Source of the DNA: Octopus vulgaris
Lineage: Eukaryota
Length of the DNA: 64,000 nucleotides
Assembly (NCBI GenBank): GCA_951406725.2
Contig: OX597824.1
Span: 30,256,001-30,320,000 of the forward strand
Direction of reading: 5' to 3'
Shown here: one piece after another, positions 13,161 through 27,829 of the stretch
How positions within the stretch are numbered: position 1 is the stretch's first letter
How the letters are laid out: each line of letters starts with the position of its first letter
Made by a program: the position numbers and the translations under genes
The notes under the pieces: generated by a model
Databases searched by the model: none
What the model was told of the DNA's origin: nothing
What the model saw: the letters and a program-made list of their open reading frames with translations, nothing else

Positions 13161-14247
13161 TCAGTTATTTCCAATAGTATTAGGCCAAGGCTTCCTTTTG
13201 AGTCTTGAAGAATAATAACACTTGCACTTTCTTGGAGAGAGTACAATAATAATCGTTTAGTTAAACACTATGTTACAAATTTGTCGTGTAAGTTGATTTT
13301 GTAACATTTTACGTCCGATTCGAAAGGAATTGGTGGTGCGTATAGGTTTTTAAGAGTAATAACGATTACGTATGATTGAATGCTTCTCAGTATGTGACTT
13401 AGTACTTATTATATTGATTCCAGTCAAATTAACGGTGAAGTCGACCCCAGCAGGATTTGAACTCCGAATGAATCTAAATGCTGTTAAACATTAATAATAG
13501 TGAAAAGAATAAAGATGACAATGTTACTGCTGATAATGATGTATTAACAAATGAAAATGGATTTAAATCAACGTGTGTGAGTTTAAAAAATGCGGTAGAA
13601 TCTGGATCAAGTTTTCACTGAATGATGGCCAAATGATTGTTGCCGGTCAAGTGTCTGCAAACTGTATATCGGTTGTCGCGTGGATTTCTTTCCTATATAG
13701 AGAAGAGGTGTGTTTGATGAACTCGCGCCGACCACGTCAGCTCATTATAAGTCAGAAGAAAATTCTTGTCACGGATGCCGGATTAAAAGATGAAAGAACA
13801 ACTTAAAACAGACACCTGGAAGTGGGATATTTGTTGGACGTTCACATGTACTTAAGCATGATAATATGTGCGCAATACAAACAAACGCAGAAACAATGGA
13901 CATATAATGTACCATGTATGCATGCGCGCGCGCGTGACTTAGAGTGCAGATAATGCTAGCAAGCGTAATACGGTAATAACATACCAAAACACATGTATAT
14001 ATCCGTTCATGTGTGCGTGTATGAGTGTATACACACACACACACATTCATACACATACATATGTATTTGTGTGTGCATACATATATATATATATATCCAC
14101 ATACATACATATATATACATACATACATATATATATATATACACATACATACATAGACACACGCACACACATCCATACGCACATACATATGTATTTGTAT
14201 GCGTATATATGGGTGTATGTGTATATTTATATGTATATATATGTATG

Positions 14248-14278
<31 letters not shown>

Positions 14279-14667
14279 GTGTGTACATGTATATGCACAC
14301 ATACACACACACACACATCCATGCACGCATACATTCATATGTATTTGTGAGTGTATAAATTAATACATATAAGCACCTTTACATATTTATACATATATAC
14401 ACATACGTAATATATGAATGTGTGCGTGTATATGCATAGATAGATACATACATACATACATACATACACACATACATACATACATATATACAAACATACA
14501 TACATACATACATACATACATACATGCATACATACATATGTGTGTGTATCTGTAAGCACATGGCCTATTGCTTTTGCTGTAATACATACAATATTAAATT
14601 CATTGGTTCGATTCCTGGGCCGCATGTTGTGCTTTTGGGCAAGGCACATTATTTTACATTATATATA

Positions 14668-14714
<47 letters not shown>

Positions 14715-14716
<2 letters not shown>

Positions 14717-15092
14717 TTTTATTCTTTTACTTGTTTCAGTCATTTGACTGCGGCCATGCAGGAGCACGTTCTTTAGTCGAACAATTCGACCCCAGGACTT
14801 ATTCTTTGTAAGCCTAGTATTTATTCTATCGGTCTCTTTTGCCGACATCGCTAAGTTACGGGGACAAAAACACACCAACATCGGTTGTCAAGGGATGTTG
14901 GGGGGACACACGTAGACACACAAATACACACACAAACGTACACGACGGGATTCTTTCAGTTTCCGTCTACCAAATCCACTTACAAGACTTTGGTCGGTTC
15001 GTGCTTATAGTAGGAGACACTCGCCTAAGGTGCTACGCTGTGGTACTGAACCCGGAAGCATAACTTTTACTACAGAGCCACTCCTGCGCCTA
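14715..15092 (-). mobile_element. SINE family A copy
   Basis: Collinear with the other copies. Confidence 0.85.
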
Positions 15093-15116
15093 TTATATGT
15101 ATATATATACACATAT

Positions 15117-15774
15117 ACTAGCTGATGTGCCCGGTACGTCACCTAGTTCCGTTCTCATAATTGTTTCGCTAATCCAAAAGTGACAATACAAAGTATGTAG
15201 CCCTTAAAACGGCTTTTTGTGCATTTACAGAGAATAACAAACTGTCTTACACAGGATCTTGTCTTTAGGAATTCCCAATTAGTTATGAATACCTAAATTG
15301 TGAAGTCAGTTATGTAATAACATGAAATTAGTTACCCGATAGTAAGAATTTAAATAAAGTAGCCTTGAAAAGGGCTTTAATGTGTTCCCAGAGTATATCG
15401 AACATAGGAGGAAATACTAATAAGGTATGTATACTAAAATCGTGAAGCATGTAACGTAATAACAGCCTAATCAGATACGAGATAATAATAATTCAAAGTA
15501 AATAACTCTGAAAAGGGCTTTTGTGCGTTCCCAGAGAATATTACCGTCAGGGGCGCTAGTATTGGTATATTCGCGAATAAGTCACTAACCGAAATAAATG
15601 GATCTACTGTTTAGGAAAATACTATTTACTTGTTTAAGGGTTGTACTGGATAAATTGTGAAAATAACTCTAACAGTTCAACTGCTAAGAAATAAACATAC
15701 TCAATTTCATTTTTACCAAATAATTTAGGAAAAATGAATGAGTTATTCCCTTGGTTTTTAAAATGAAATATATT

Positions 15775-15841
<67 letters not shown>

Positions 15842-16010
15842 AGGATCCCTTCCAGGGGCCCTGTTATTGAATTTTTTCAACAATCTGAGTATACCATAAG
15901 GTTTTCAGACATGAGTTCTACTCACGTGTCAAGTTTCATAAAAATCGATAAAATGATGTTATTTAACAACTCCGCAAACACACCCACAAACAGAATTTCC
16001 CATATATGTA

Positions 16011-16015
<5 letters not shown>
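15117..16015. mobile_element. Helentron/HINE-like non-autonomous element with about 150-bp internal tandem repeats
   Basis: Starts TACTAGC...GCCCGG; three copies of a CCTTGAAAAGGGCTTT...CAGAG unit; 3' block AAGTTTCATAAAAATCG similar to 2090-2190. Confidence 0.4.
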
Positions 16016-16065
<50 letters not shown>

Positions 16066-16310
16066 CACTGGTATAGCACACGCGAGCTATGTTGTTCATG
16101 TGAAGAATGATATTTTCGAATGATGTTTTCTGTGAGCTTTTTGTTTATTTATATTTAAAAACATTTATGTGTTCTTAAACCGAAAAGGAGGGAAAATCGA
16201 GTTGACTCTTTTACAAAAAGAAATTGGAATTATTATTTTATTTGAAATTTAAGATTTTTATTTCCGTTTATACATACATATATATATAAAAAACAAAATA
16301 ATGTCTTGAA

Positions 16311-16475
16311 TTAGGCATTCATGGAGACATAATTGATCCATTCCAGAAATTCGGAGACTTTGGTATAAACTGCCGGAAAGCCAGGAACGCCACACAGTTC
16401 ATTACTAAAAGATGCTACGCCAGCCAATAGAAATCTGCCACGTTTCAAACATACCAGCGGTCCACCAGAGTCACC
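16311..16475 (-). CDS. Serine protease gene 2, exon 6 (GDSGGPLVC...GVASFS...PAVYTKVSEFLEWINYVSMNA*)
   Basis: Catalytic Ser motif GDSGGP; TAA stop at 16311-16313; AATAAA on minus at 16262-16257 and 16242-16237. Confidence 0.95.
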   Translation of the reverse strand, partial: GDSGGPLVCLKRGRFLLAGVASFSNELCGVPGFPAVYTKVSEFLEWINYVSMNA

Positions 16476-16840
16476 CTTCAAAATAAAACACAATTTCAAT
16501 AAGATTATTGTTGCTGATGATGGTGATGTTGTTATTATTGATGTTGTTTATTCACAAGAAGTCCTGATAGAGAAGGCTAACATTATTCTATTATTCAATG
16601 TAATTATGCTGACTGACGAATCAGTTTTTCGAGGTGCATCGAGCTGTACCGATATATTGTAGGATAAATATAGTAATAATAGCAATAATACTTGGATGGA
16701 ATTTTTAAACATTTAATGCATCGCTACGCGCGTTTCCACAAATCGCACGTCTCTTAAGATCACAGTCCGTTTTCCTGGGATTATTACAGCAGTATCCGTG
16801 GACATCGGGTAAATCATCTTCATGGATTCATTTCTTCAGG

Positions 16841-16934
<94 letters not shown>

Positions 16935-17356
16935 ATGTATGTATGTATGTATATGTGGGTGTTTGTGTGTACTTTTGTTTGTTCCTCCACCCACCGCTTG
17001 ACAATAGGTGTAGGTGTGTTTGCGTCCCCATAACTTAGCGGTTCGGCAAAAGATCGATAGAATGAGTACCAGGATTAAGAAAAGAAAGTACCGGGGTCAA
17101 TTCACTAGCGTAGCTAGAGTGTGTGCCCCCCCCAAAAAAAAACGCATATTGTCTACAGCAATAGCCTACAACAGGATAAAAAGCGCCACCCCTTTAAAGG
17201 TACCGCCCGGGCTGGACCCCCTATCCTCCCCAGCTACGTTCGACTAAAAACTCGAGGCGGGTGTCCCAGCTTGGCCGTTATCTGACTGTAACAATGTAAA
17301 AGAATGAAAAAACAAAACTATATATATTCCCTTCTCGGGATCTTTCCTTCTCCTTT

Positions 17357-17391
17357 GTTTCCGACGAAGAGCTCCGCTCGAAACGTTAAAC
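17357..17391 (+). ncRNA. Candidate minimal hammerhead ribozyme, identical to 1273-1307
   Basis: Same 35-nt motif within a second copy of the repeat (17330-17490). Confidence 0.5.
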
Positions 17392-17483
17392 CCTCATTCC
17401 CTTCTTTCCTGAGCATCAAATAATACTTTAATTGTTCCACGTCCTCGCGTTGCTGTGTTTTTTTCTGTGTTTTCTTGTTTGGA

Positions 17484-17593
<110 letters not shown>

Positions 17594-17622
17594 AAGAGAC
17601 AGAGACAGAGAGACAGACAGAC

Positions 17623-17667
<45 letters not shown>

Positions 17668-18062
17668 GAAACCGCACACATGCACATACGTTTACATAAA
17701 CTCTCAAACAGGCAAGTATGGCGAAGAGTTACTGAGGAGGGAAGGCTACTTTGCGTAATACAGTTCTCGACATATTTCACAAAAGATAGTATGTTTATGG
17801 TTGGAATGTCTTTTGATCACTGCCGTTGGTGCGACAAGGAAATTCTTTCAACATAGATAAAATAGAGTTATCTCTATTTATTATATGAGAGAATATTTTT
17901 GTTAGATATATATAATAAAGAGGGGGAAATTGAATGCGTTTCATTATTTCAGTGCGCGCGTGTGTGTGAGTGGGCGTATGTGTATGCGTCTTTGTGTCAG
18001 GGTGTGGGTATGAGTGTATGCATGAATGTATGTGTTCTTTGTGTTATGTGAGGAGTGCTTAC

Positions 18063-18101
<39 letters not shown>

Positions 18102-18585
18102 TGTAAAGTTACGTTCTTTGAATATAAAATATTTGGTATATAAAAAGTTTTTGTCAATATTAACAGTATACAACACTGAAGCGACATCAGCTCCAATATC
18201 AAATATGAAAAGACAGACAGCAATTTTTCCTTTTTCTTTTTTTTTTTTTTACTTTTTATAAATACTAGAAATGAAAAGAGAGGAAGTAGAGAGAGGGGGA
18301 GAGAAAAAGAAGTTATGATGGGAAAAAGACGAATTGGAAAATCAGTGTTGATTGAAAAAGACAAAGGAAGAAATTATTTTTACAGACATGATTTCACGAA
18401 TTTGGTAGGGGTGGATGGAATGTAGTCGATGAAATCAGTGTTTCTTGACTGGGTACAAAATGGCTTTTATAAAGATGGAGGGAGAGAAATATACAAACAA
18501 GACGTACTGGGTGAGCGTGGGTGGGTGGGTGAATGGATGTGTTAGAAAGAATTTAAGAAATAAAAGGTAAAGAGATAGCTTATTA

Positions 18586-18641
<56 letters not shown>

Positions 18642-18912
18642 GAGAAAGAGAGCGAAATATTAATAAAATGGATAAACTAATTACAAATATATAAGCTCGG
18701 TTTGCAATAATGTTATTTTAGATTCAATCTTCTACAGTCGACCAATGCCCTGTGAGTAAATTTGGTAGACGGAAACTGTGAGGAAACCCGTTCTGTATAT
18801 ATGTATATCCCACACACACATGCATACATACACACATACACACACACATTACATATATATATTGTATGTATGTATGTATGTATGTATGTATGTATGTATG
18901 TATGTATGTATG

Positions 18913-18961
<49 letters not shown>

Positions 18962-19182
18962 TGTGTGTGTATGTGTCTGTGTTTGCTCCCACAACCAACA
19001 CTTGGTCGGTGTTGGTTTGTTTACGCCCCCATAACTTACGGGTTCTGCAAGAGAGACCGATAGAATGAGTATCAGACTTCACAAGTACTTATGGGGTAAA
19101 TTTTTTCGACTAAATCTTTCAAGGCAGTGCCCCAGCATGGCTGCAGTCCAATGACTGAAACAAAGACCATTAATATCAGATA

Positions 19183-22100
19183 TGTGGTGGTATTCTTAAT
19201 GAGAGTAGCTTTACATTAAGGTGTGCACACAAAGTATGACGTCAAGAGTTCGTATGTTTGACGAAATAAACACACAGTATTTAGCTGCGCCCTGTGTCGT
19301 GTCATAATTTAACATGGTGTTAGAAGAGGGACTGAATAATCGCCCGAATGGATCAGATAAGAAGCCCGAATGAGCTTAATCTCGAAAGCAATGTAGCCGA
19401 GAACTGGAAACGGTGGATACAAAGGTTTGAACTTTACCTTACGGCTAGCGGAATCGCAACTAAATCACAGAATGTAAAGTATGTTATTTTACTACACGTG
19501 GCGGGAGAGGCTGCAGTTCAAGTGTATGTAACTCTTTTGAGTGGAGTGAGGAAATGGATAGCAAGAATTATGACAAAGTGAAGCAAAAGTTTCAGGAATA
19601 CAGTGAACCTCTGACGATTGAGAGAGACACGCATTTTTCATACGATCTCAGAAACTAGGAGAGACAATTGATCAATATGTGACGTATTTAAAGAATAAAT
19701 CTAGAACTTGTGAGTTTGGGACATTGAATGATGGGCTCATTAAAGACAGAACTGTTTGTGGAATTCTTAGTAACAACCCCAGAATGTGGTTATGGAGAAA
19801 AGAATGATCTTGATTTGAAAAAAAAAACTATACAGAAATCAGTGCACAACAATTGAAAGTTCTTAATGATAAGCAGTCAACCATATCTAAAGAAATCAAT
19901 GCCATGATTGTCAATAGGGTCCAAGATGAAAGTATGAACCTCAAGATATAACAAAAGAATACCCTCTGTGTAAACAGTGTGGTTACAAACATGCTAAAGA
20001 CAAGTGTCCAGCTGCAGGAAAAGTTTGCGACATCGGTAAAAAGTGGTAAACATCATTTTGCCAGCATGTGTAAAACTAGAACACCATCTAGGCATGACAG
20101 ACAAGACACTAGAGAGAGAAAAGAAAAATGTTCACACTGTTGACAATTCTGAAGAAACTGAAGAATTTGAAGAATTATTCATTGGACATATGACCACCGA
20201 TGAAGATGATGAAGACTGGTATGAGATTCTATAAATCAACAAGAAACCAGTGTAAGTCAAACTAGATACAGGTACACAGGGCAATATTATTTCTAAATCA
20301 ATGTTCGATAGTTTGAATTTGAAGAAAAATTAATTGTCAAAATCAAAAGTGAAACTTGTGTCATACTTTGTAGAAAGGTGATACTCGCTGGGACAGATAG
20401 AACTATCAGTATCAAGTGATATCAGTGGCACTTCGAATGAAGTACTTTTCCAAATTGTGGAGGAAAACCGCCCAAGTATACTGGGAAGAAAAACCTGTGA
20501 GAAACTGAAGTTGGTACAGCGAGTTCACAACACTCAGCTGAAATCAGTGATTCTGTGCCAGATAACAGAAATGATGTTCCAGCAAGTGCGAGAGACTACT
20601 GGAATATTCTAGATGAACAGACTGTTGTTGATGACCTCATATTCAAAGCTGACAAAGTTGTAATTCCTGCAACACTACAAACAGAAATGTAGAACAAAGT
20701 TCATGATGCTCATTTCAAAGTGACAAAGGGCATACTCAGAGTCAAAGATGTTATCTTCTGGCTAGGAATGACTATACAAATTGAAGAATTTGTATTAAGA
20801 TGTTCTGTGTGAAACGAGAACAGAAAGAGTAATCCGAAACAACCGTTGCAGAACCAAGAAATTCCTGATCGACCGTGGGCCAAAGTTAGAGTCGATTTGT
20901 TTGTGTACAAGAATAATGACCACCTAGTGCGTGTGGACTATTTCTCAAAGTACCCTGAAATTGTCTGACTTATCAAGTAAAATGACAATCATAGCATTGA
21001 AATCTGTCTTTGCCAGACACGGTGTCCCAGATGAGCTCATGACAGGTAACGAACCGTAGTTTACGAGTTCCGTAACTTTGGTCTTGAATGGAACTTCAAA
21101 CATACAACATCAAGTCCGGCATACCCACAATAACATGGGCAAGCTGAGCGTACAGTTCAGACAGTAAAAAATCTGCCCAAGAAAACAGAAGCTAGTGGCC
21201 GAGATGTCTACTTAGCTCTACTTGAGTACAGAAATACCACCAGCTGAAATGCTAAAGACCAGGCACCGAAAGAGTCGCTTGCTTGTGTCCAACGCCTTGC
21301 GGAAACCTCCGGTACAAGACCAGAAACAGAGCTGAAAGCACGTCGAGAACAATAAAAGTACTCCTACGAAAGAGGTAGTTGAGAGTTACCTCCCTTGATT
21401 CCTGGACAACAAGTCGGGATTCAAGAAAACTAGTCATGGAAGCCTGGAGTTGTCAAGTCAAATCAGTTGCTGATGCACCAAGATCCCACAACATAACGAC
21501 GTCAGATGGAAGACAGTATCGACGAAATCGCCGTCATCAGCGGCTAGCTGCTGAGAATTCAACAACTCAGCCAAATCGAGAATGTGAAGAGACTATGAAC
21601 TATGATGCAGATGAGTCTGAGACTACAGACACTATCTGTAATCGAACTACAAGATCCGGATGAAAATTCAACATGCCGTAACGATATCGAGATTGATTTC
21701 AAGAACTGCTAAGGTGGCGAGCTGGCAGAAACGTTAACACGTCGGGCGAAATGCCCAGCGGTATTTCGCCTGTCTTTACGTTCTGAGTTCAAATTTCGTC
21801 GAGATCAACTTTGCCTTTCATCCTTTTGAGATCGATAAATTAAGTACCAGTTGCGTACTGGCGTCGATCTAATCGACTGGCCTCCTCCCCCAAAATTTCT
21901 GACCTTGTGCCTAGAGTAGAAAATGATATCAAGATCTGCTGAATTCGAGAAGTGCTCCACGAAAAGAGAGATTCGTGAACTGTATTAAATGTTGAATTTT
22001 ACGGAAACAAGTTGAACTGTGTTAATTTCTAGAAAACATATTTCATTATACTTTCCATGTTTGAAGAAGTTAAAGAGATTATTCTTAATGCAAAAAATAT

Positions 22101-22392
22101 TCATTTATGTACAGTTAAATTTAAAGAAGATATATTCATGGACTTTGAAGAAAGTTGCTTTATCAGAATGATAATGAATATATAAGTGAAGTTCCAAATA
22201 TTTCCAGAACTTAAACCTTGTGAGTATATTGACTACAATTATACCTCTTGCAATGTTCGTAAAGAAGGGAAATATAATGAGAGTGACTTTACGTTAAGAT
22301 GTGCACACAAAGTGTATCGTCACGAGTTTGTATGTCTGACGAAATAAACACACATAGTAATGGCTGCGCCCTGTGTCGTGTCATAATTTACA
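19183..22392 (+). mobile_element. Degenerate Ty3/Gypsy LTR retrotransposon in intron 5 of protease gene 2
   Basis: About 130-bp direct LTRs (19183-19314, ~22272-22392); PBS TGGTGTTAGAAG (tRNA-Leu-like); PPT AAAGAAGGGA; gag NWKRWIQRFELYL; protease KLDTG; integrase RPWAKV.VDLF and VDYFSKYPE; many stops. Confidence 0.9.
21710..21925 (+). mobile_element. SINE family B nested in the Gypsy element
   Basis: Full family B sequence between the integrase region and the PPT. Confidence 0.85.
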
Positions 22393-22567
22393 GTGTTGAT
22401 CAATCTTCTTTGCTGATTTATATTTCAATGCCAAAGTGTAAAGAGAAACTTATAATGTGTGAGAGAAAGAGGGGGGGAGAGGGAAGAGGAAGAGGAGAGT
22501 AAAGCAGTAACGGTTGTGGATGGAAAATGTCGAAATAGGCATTAAAAAAGGAAATAAAAAAACATAC

Positions 22568-22701
22568 CCGACATGGACCAACATGGCCATCACCAACACA
22601 TATATGGCTTTTATGCACATAAGCACTCCATTTGTGTTGACATTCAAGGAAACCTGTAATTCGAACTTGCACTTTATTCAGTACGTTTGGATTTCCTCTG
22701 C
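22568..22701 (-). CDS. Serine protease gene 2, exon 5 (GRGNPNVLNKVQVRITGFLECQHKWSAYVHKSHICVGDGHVGPCR)
   Basis: taacag/gtatg sites; 134 nt, phase 1 to 0; joins the GDSGGP exon in frame. Confidence 0.92.
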
Positions 22702-22739
22702 CTGTTAAATGAAGAAAAGATTTATTTGAGAAATATTAT

Positions 22740-23590
22740 TTATTTCTTTACTGCCCACAAGGGGCTAAACACAGAGGGGACAAACAAGGACAGACAAAGG
22801 GATTAAGTCGATTATTTAATCGACCCCGAAAGGATGAAAGGCAAAGTCAACCTCGGTGGAATTTGAACTCACAACGTAACGGCAAACGAAATACCTATTT
22901 CTGTATTACCCACAAAGGGCTAAACATAGAGGGGACAAACAAGGACAGACATAGGTATTAAGTCGATTACATCGACCCCAGTGCGTAACTGGTACTTAAT
23001 TTATCGACCCCCGAAAGGATGAAAGGTAAAGTCGACCTCGGCGGAATTTGAACTCAGAACGTAACCGCAGGCGAAATACCGCTAAGCATTTCGCCCGGCG
23101 TGCTAATGTTTCTGCCAGCTCGCCGCCTTAATTTGAGAAATATTATATCACTTGTTAAGGCAGTGAGCTGGCAGAATCGTTAGCACGCCGAACGAAATGA
23201 TTAGCAGCATTTCGTCCGTCTCTGCGTTCTGGATTTAAATTCTGCAGTGGTCTACTTTGACTTTTATCCTTTCAGAGTCGATAAAATAAGTAGCACTTGA
23301 ACACCGGGATCAATGTAATTACTGGTCGAAATTACTGGCGTTGTGCCAAAATTTGAAACCAATAGTTTGTCCCATGTTAAGGCAGCAAGCTGACAGAGCC
23401 GTTAGCACGCCAGACGAAATTCTTGGCACCATTTCGTCCGTCTTTACGTTCTGATTTCAAATTCCGCCGAGGTCGACTTTGCCTTTCATCATTTCGGGGT
23501 CGATTAAATAAGTAACAGTTGAATCCCGGGGGTTGATGTTATTGACTTACCCCTCCCCGAAATTGCTGGCGTTGTGCCAAAATTTAAAAT
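22740..23590. mobile_element. Cluster of family B SINEs (multimeric minus copy, then two plus copies)
   Basis: Minus 22740-23130, plus 23155-23360, plus 23378-23590. Confidence 0.85.
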
Positions 23591-24469
23591 CATTATTTTG
23601 TCAAGTGTTGTTTGTTGTTCTGCTCCAGGTCAATCTTGATTGTACAGACATATGACCAAAAATACACAAGCTATCACCATCCCATCTTTTCTTTTTGTAA
23701 GAAATGCCTTGCATTTACATACTTAAACCTTTCGCTCGCAATGGCGCATAGTCTATCGTTGACTTTCCTACACTGTTCTCTCCTCTGAGTTATCAGGCCG
23801 CTCCTTCACTATAAGCGGGGTCACCATATGTTTCTCTGAGGGCATGCCTTCATTTCCCAGGCTTTTGGTTTTGAATTGTCATAGCTTCTTCTGTAACTTC
23901 CTTTTTTCTAGGTAGAAGCGTTGGCTCTAAGCAAACCCATTTTTACCTCTGAGAAGAGGTAGTCCGTATTAACGTGACCGCTTTCCTTTGACATATCCAA
24001 GATGGGAGATCCTATCAGGAACTTGCACTCTGCTAGTTTAACTCTGTGCGTCATTGAGGCACACGAGCCGCTACACCACATCACAACAAGGACTAGACCC
24101 TGTCGTGGGTCCTAGATTTAAATCTTTATTAACCATTATATGGGATACTAAGGTATGATTTCAGGAATATATAGTTACTATTTCAGACAGTTCTCTCTTT
24201 TGCCTCTTGTTTAAATTGTGTACAAAAGACCTGCATATTTTGTGGTTCGAATTCGGTCTCAGCACTTTATTTGATTTTAGCAACTCTAAAAATATAACAG
24301 ACGGGATTCAATTAGGCTACAAAACATTTTGTCAGTTACCCAACAATTCTGCCAACTCACCACCTTACTTCTTTTATTTATCCTTTGACAACAACAACAA
24401 CAATAATGATGATTTCGTTTATATGATACAAAGGCGATAAAGCGAGAATTACAAGGACAAACTACAAAA

Positions 24470-25440
24470 AAAGTTGCTGTAGGGGCACACAGTATCGATT
24501 ATGATAAAAAAAAATAGACAAGGAAAGTAAAAGTATATAAAGAACAGATGCCCAGTAGTGGGGAGGCAACCACTAAAAGTTTATTTTTAAAAAATCTTTG
24601 CAAATACAGGAATATACCGATATTCACCCTGCTTTGTTCTCTGGTCTATAGGCGCATACTGAGCGTAAGTCCTGTCATTCTCACCTTTCAGCAAATTAAC
24701 TTAAGAGCAGCAACTCAATTCCTGATGATGGCTTCGTTGAATAGGGAACTGTCTCTCTTCAATCTTTTTTTATCTTTACTGTGGAATCTCTTTCGCCATG
24801 GTGACCAGACAGAAGTAAAATGCCTGTTCTTTTAGACCGAAAGAGGTGGAGCAATCGTTACCAGGGCCTGGGTTGATAACCGGCGACATTTGTTCAACAT
24901 ACCTCCGTAACTCACCAATGTTGGGACACAGACCTATTGCGTGTAAAACTGTAATGTCTCCCTGCACCCCTTTCTGACCGGCCCAGCTGATGACGTTACC
25001 AACCCTATTGAATTTCTTCCGAACCATCAATATGTCCTAATAGCACTGCCAAGTCAGTGATTACTGGAAATTGTTCATAATTCTCGATGTGAAAGTGCTC
25101 CGAAATAGGCTGTTCAGTTGGTCTCCGTCGACTCCCAGTAACTTCCTTAGAACACCGTCGCACTTACCCATCACTAACCCTCAATAGATTACTTGTAGTT
25201 GTTTGTTTGTGCAGCGACATACACCCCGGAGTGGAATGAGATGGCTCCGACCAACGAGTTCACCATGTCCTTCACAAATGCTGACCATATCCGACGGTCG
25301 GCCCTAACATTCCAGCAGGCAAAGGAATACTCCTGCCTGCGACCTAATCACCCATCTTGCAAATTCGACGAATGCCCCATCGAGAGAGCAAATGCGGCGG
25401 AAAGCGCGGACGCCGTAATCGTAGTTGTCATTTATTGTAA
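24470..25440 (-). mobile_element. Degenerate L1/Tx1-like LINE fragment
   Basis: Locally higher-GC, coding-like block with broken frames; no catalytic motif confidently read. Confidence 0.35.
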
Positions 25441-26196
25441 GCTATAGAGTTCACGTTCGAAGTTTTAGAGCCAGTACAAGTTCACATGTGGCCCCTGGTT
25501 ACATGCACACACACTTTGGTATAGTGTGGTTCATAGCAGCTCATCTTGCAGTCGATTTTCGACCATCGCAAGGGATTCGCTGACCAAGTCACTGTTGATT
25601 ATCGGTCAGACATAGCCCAGGTTTGAAGCGGGTGATATACATGCTAGTTAACCCATAGCAGAGGCACTAACAGGTGCTACGACTCTGGGTCAGAGTATAC
25701 CTGGGAAAAATTGTGGCTAAGAGGTGGCTCCACACTCCTCCAAACCCAGTAACTCCCGTACCAAGGCCCACAACCGGATGCAGTTTAAAGTCTTACCTAG
25801 GACACGATCTATAGAAAGCAAGGTTTGACGTCCGTCCGTCTGCATTGCTCAACTAAAATTTGTTTCCTTTATGCAACAAATTGCTGTTCCAGGTTTAAAG
25901 TTGTTGAACGTATAATAGTCAAACACCCCAGGAAGACTATAATATATAATACAAGAGATAGCAACAGGTCTCACAGCGTTAACTAAACACATTAATATTA
26001 ATAAACACTTGATTGCACAAATTAATTAATTAAACAATTTCCATGTAAGCATACATACATATTCACGCCGGTTACTTTATCATAAATATCGATAAGACTA
26101 TCAACCATGTGTTAATTCCCCCTAAACTATGACATTTTTCTCCACTCATCGCCTCCAAGAAATTTTAACAAATTCGTGTCAGTCGTTGTATGCGAG

Positions 26197-26464
26197 AGTC
26201 TCTCTCTCTCTCTCTTACTTTTTCTCTCTCTCTCTTACTTTTTCTCTCTCTCTCTTACTTTTTCTCTCTCTCTCTCTCTCACTCTCTCCCCCTTTTAGTT
26301 TCTCTCTCTCTCCCCTTTCACTTTCTCTCTCTCTCTCTTCTCCCTATTACTTTCTCTCTCCCCCCTTTCCCTTTTCTTTCTCTCTCTCTCTCTCTGTCTC
26401 TCTCTCCCTTTCACTTTCTCTCTCTCTCCCTTTTAATTTCTCTCTCCCCCCTTTCCCTTTTCTT

Positions 26465-26496
<32 letters not shown>

Positions 26497-26547
26497 TTTC
26501 ACTTTCTCTCTCTCTCCCTTTTAATTTCTCTCTCCCCCCTTCCCCCC

Positions 26548-26565
<18 letters not shown>
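26197..26565. repeat. Polypyrimidine (CT-rich) compound repeat
   Basis: Directly visible, about 370 bp almost devoid of G. Confidence 0.85.
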
Positions 26566-26585
<20 letters not shown>

Positions 26586-27132
26586 TACACACTTGTGTGT
26601 GTGTGTGTAATGGCGAGCTGACAAAAAATATCTAGTGCGTTGTCCCCTCCATATTTCAGGGCGATATAGTAGGTTGTGTCCGTCATGGTGGTTTGCCTGT
26701 CATAAGAAGCAACCAAACAGATGTTACAGTATAACAACATAGAAATAACAAAACTGTTTTTTTACCTTCATCCGCAGAACATTTTACCCAGGATGCCTTT
26801 CAATGTCAATTCCTATCTCTTTCATTCCCTCTTCTTCCTTGACCATATGACCATGTCTTCAACTTTCAGTGTTTATTTTTCCTTTCCTTTTAACTCCAAC
26901 CTTGTTACTTTCCTGTTTGACGGAATTCTTTCTCAATCCTCGCGATATTGTTGTTGTTGTTACTGTTGTTGTTGTTGTTGTTGTTGCTGTTGTCGTTGTT
27001 GTTGTTGTTGTTAGCGACGGTGGTGATGGTGGTGTTCTGAAGACACCCCCCACTCCCATACTCTGTACTTTGATGTTTAATGAGGAATCCTGTGGAGTGC
27101 ACTTCACTGTCCAGTTTGTACTTGTATATCAC

Positions 27133-27163
<31 letters not shown>

Positions 27164-27639
27164 AGTTGTCCCAGTTCAACCTTGATCGAGAAGTCATATG
27201 GCACATAGCTTGTCGCTCAAACGACCGTAGCCCGACCCCAGAGATCTCTATTTTTAATCATAGCAAGTCACATTCAAGCAAGAGATCACCATACTGCTCA
27301 TCCTGCCATGCAATGCAGTTATATAAAACTGCAGTGCAACAGCCAAGACATGTTGTACTCGCTCCAGTATCCATTGTATTGTTGCACGCTTCTTGTTGCC
27401 ATTGGTGTTGCTGAAACACAAGTCGGCAGCTGGTCCAAAGACCTATGATCAAAAGCATTCCAATTGTGACCATCCATGCTTCTTTTTTTTTGTTTTTAGG
27501 ACACTGAAACACATTATCCTTTCTTTAAGAGAGTAGAGTGAGACTGGGATGAGATTTGACTTTTCTGAAGTGTGTGCGTGTATGAGTTGTGGGCGAAATT
27601 TTGAAGAAAAAAACCAAATGTTTTGGATTATGTTCTGCT

Positions 27640-27797
27640 GATGGCGCTGGTGTGGTTGTATGGTAAAAGCTTGTTTTCCAACCTCATGATTCCGGGCTGA
27701 GTTCCACTGCGTGGCACCTTGGGAAAGTGTCTTCTACCACAGCTCGGACCGATCAAAGTGGATTTGGTAGATGGAAACTGAAAAAAATCCGTCGTGT

Positions 27798-27829
<32 letters not shown>

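Noticed and set aside
15190-15545. Spaced direct repeats as a CRISPR-like array
   Set aside because: Eukaryotic context, only three degenerate copies with related spacers and no cas genes; better explained as TE-internal tandem repeats
26740-27512. Poly-Q/N/T ORFs suggesting a nested gene in intron 4 of protease gene 2
   Set aside because: Driven by (TTG)n tracts; all frames hit stops nearby, and part of the region matches a dispersed repeat also seen near 23610-23690
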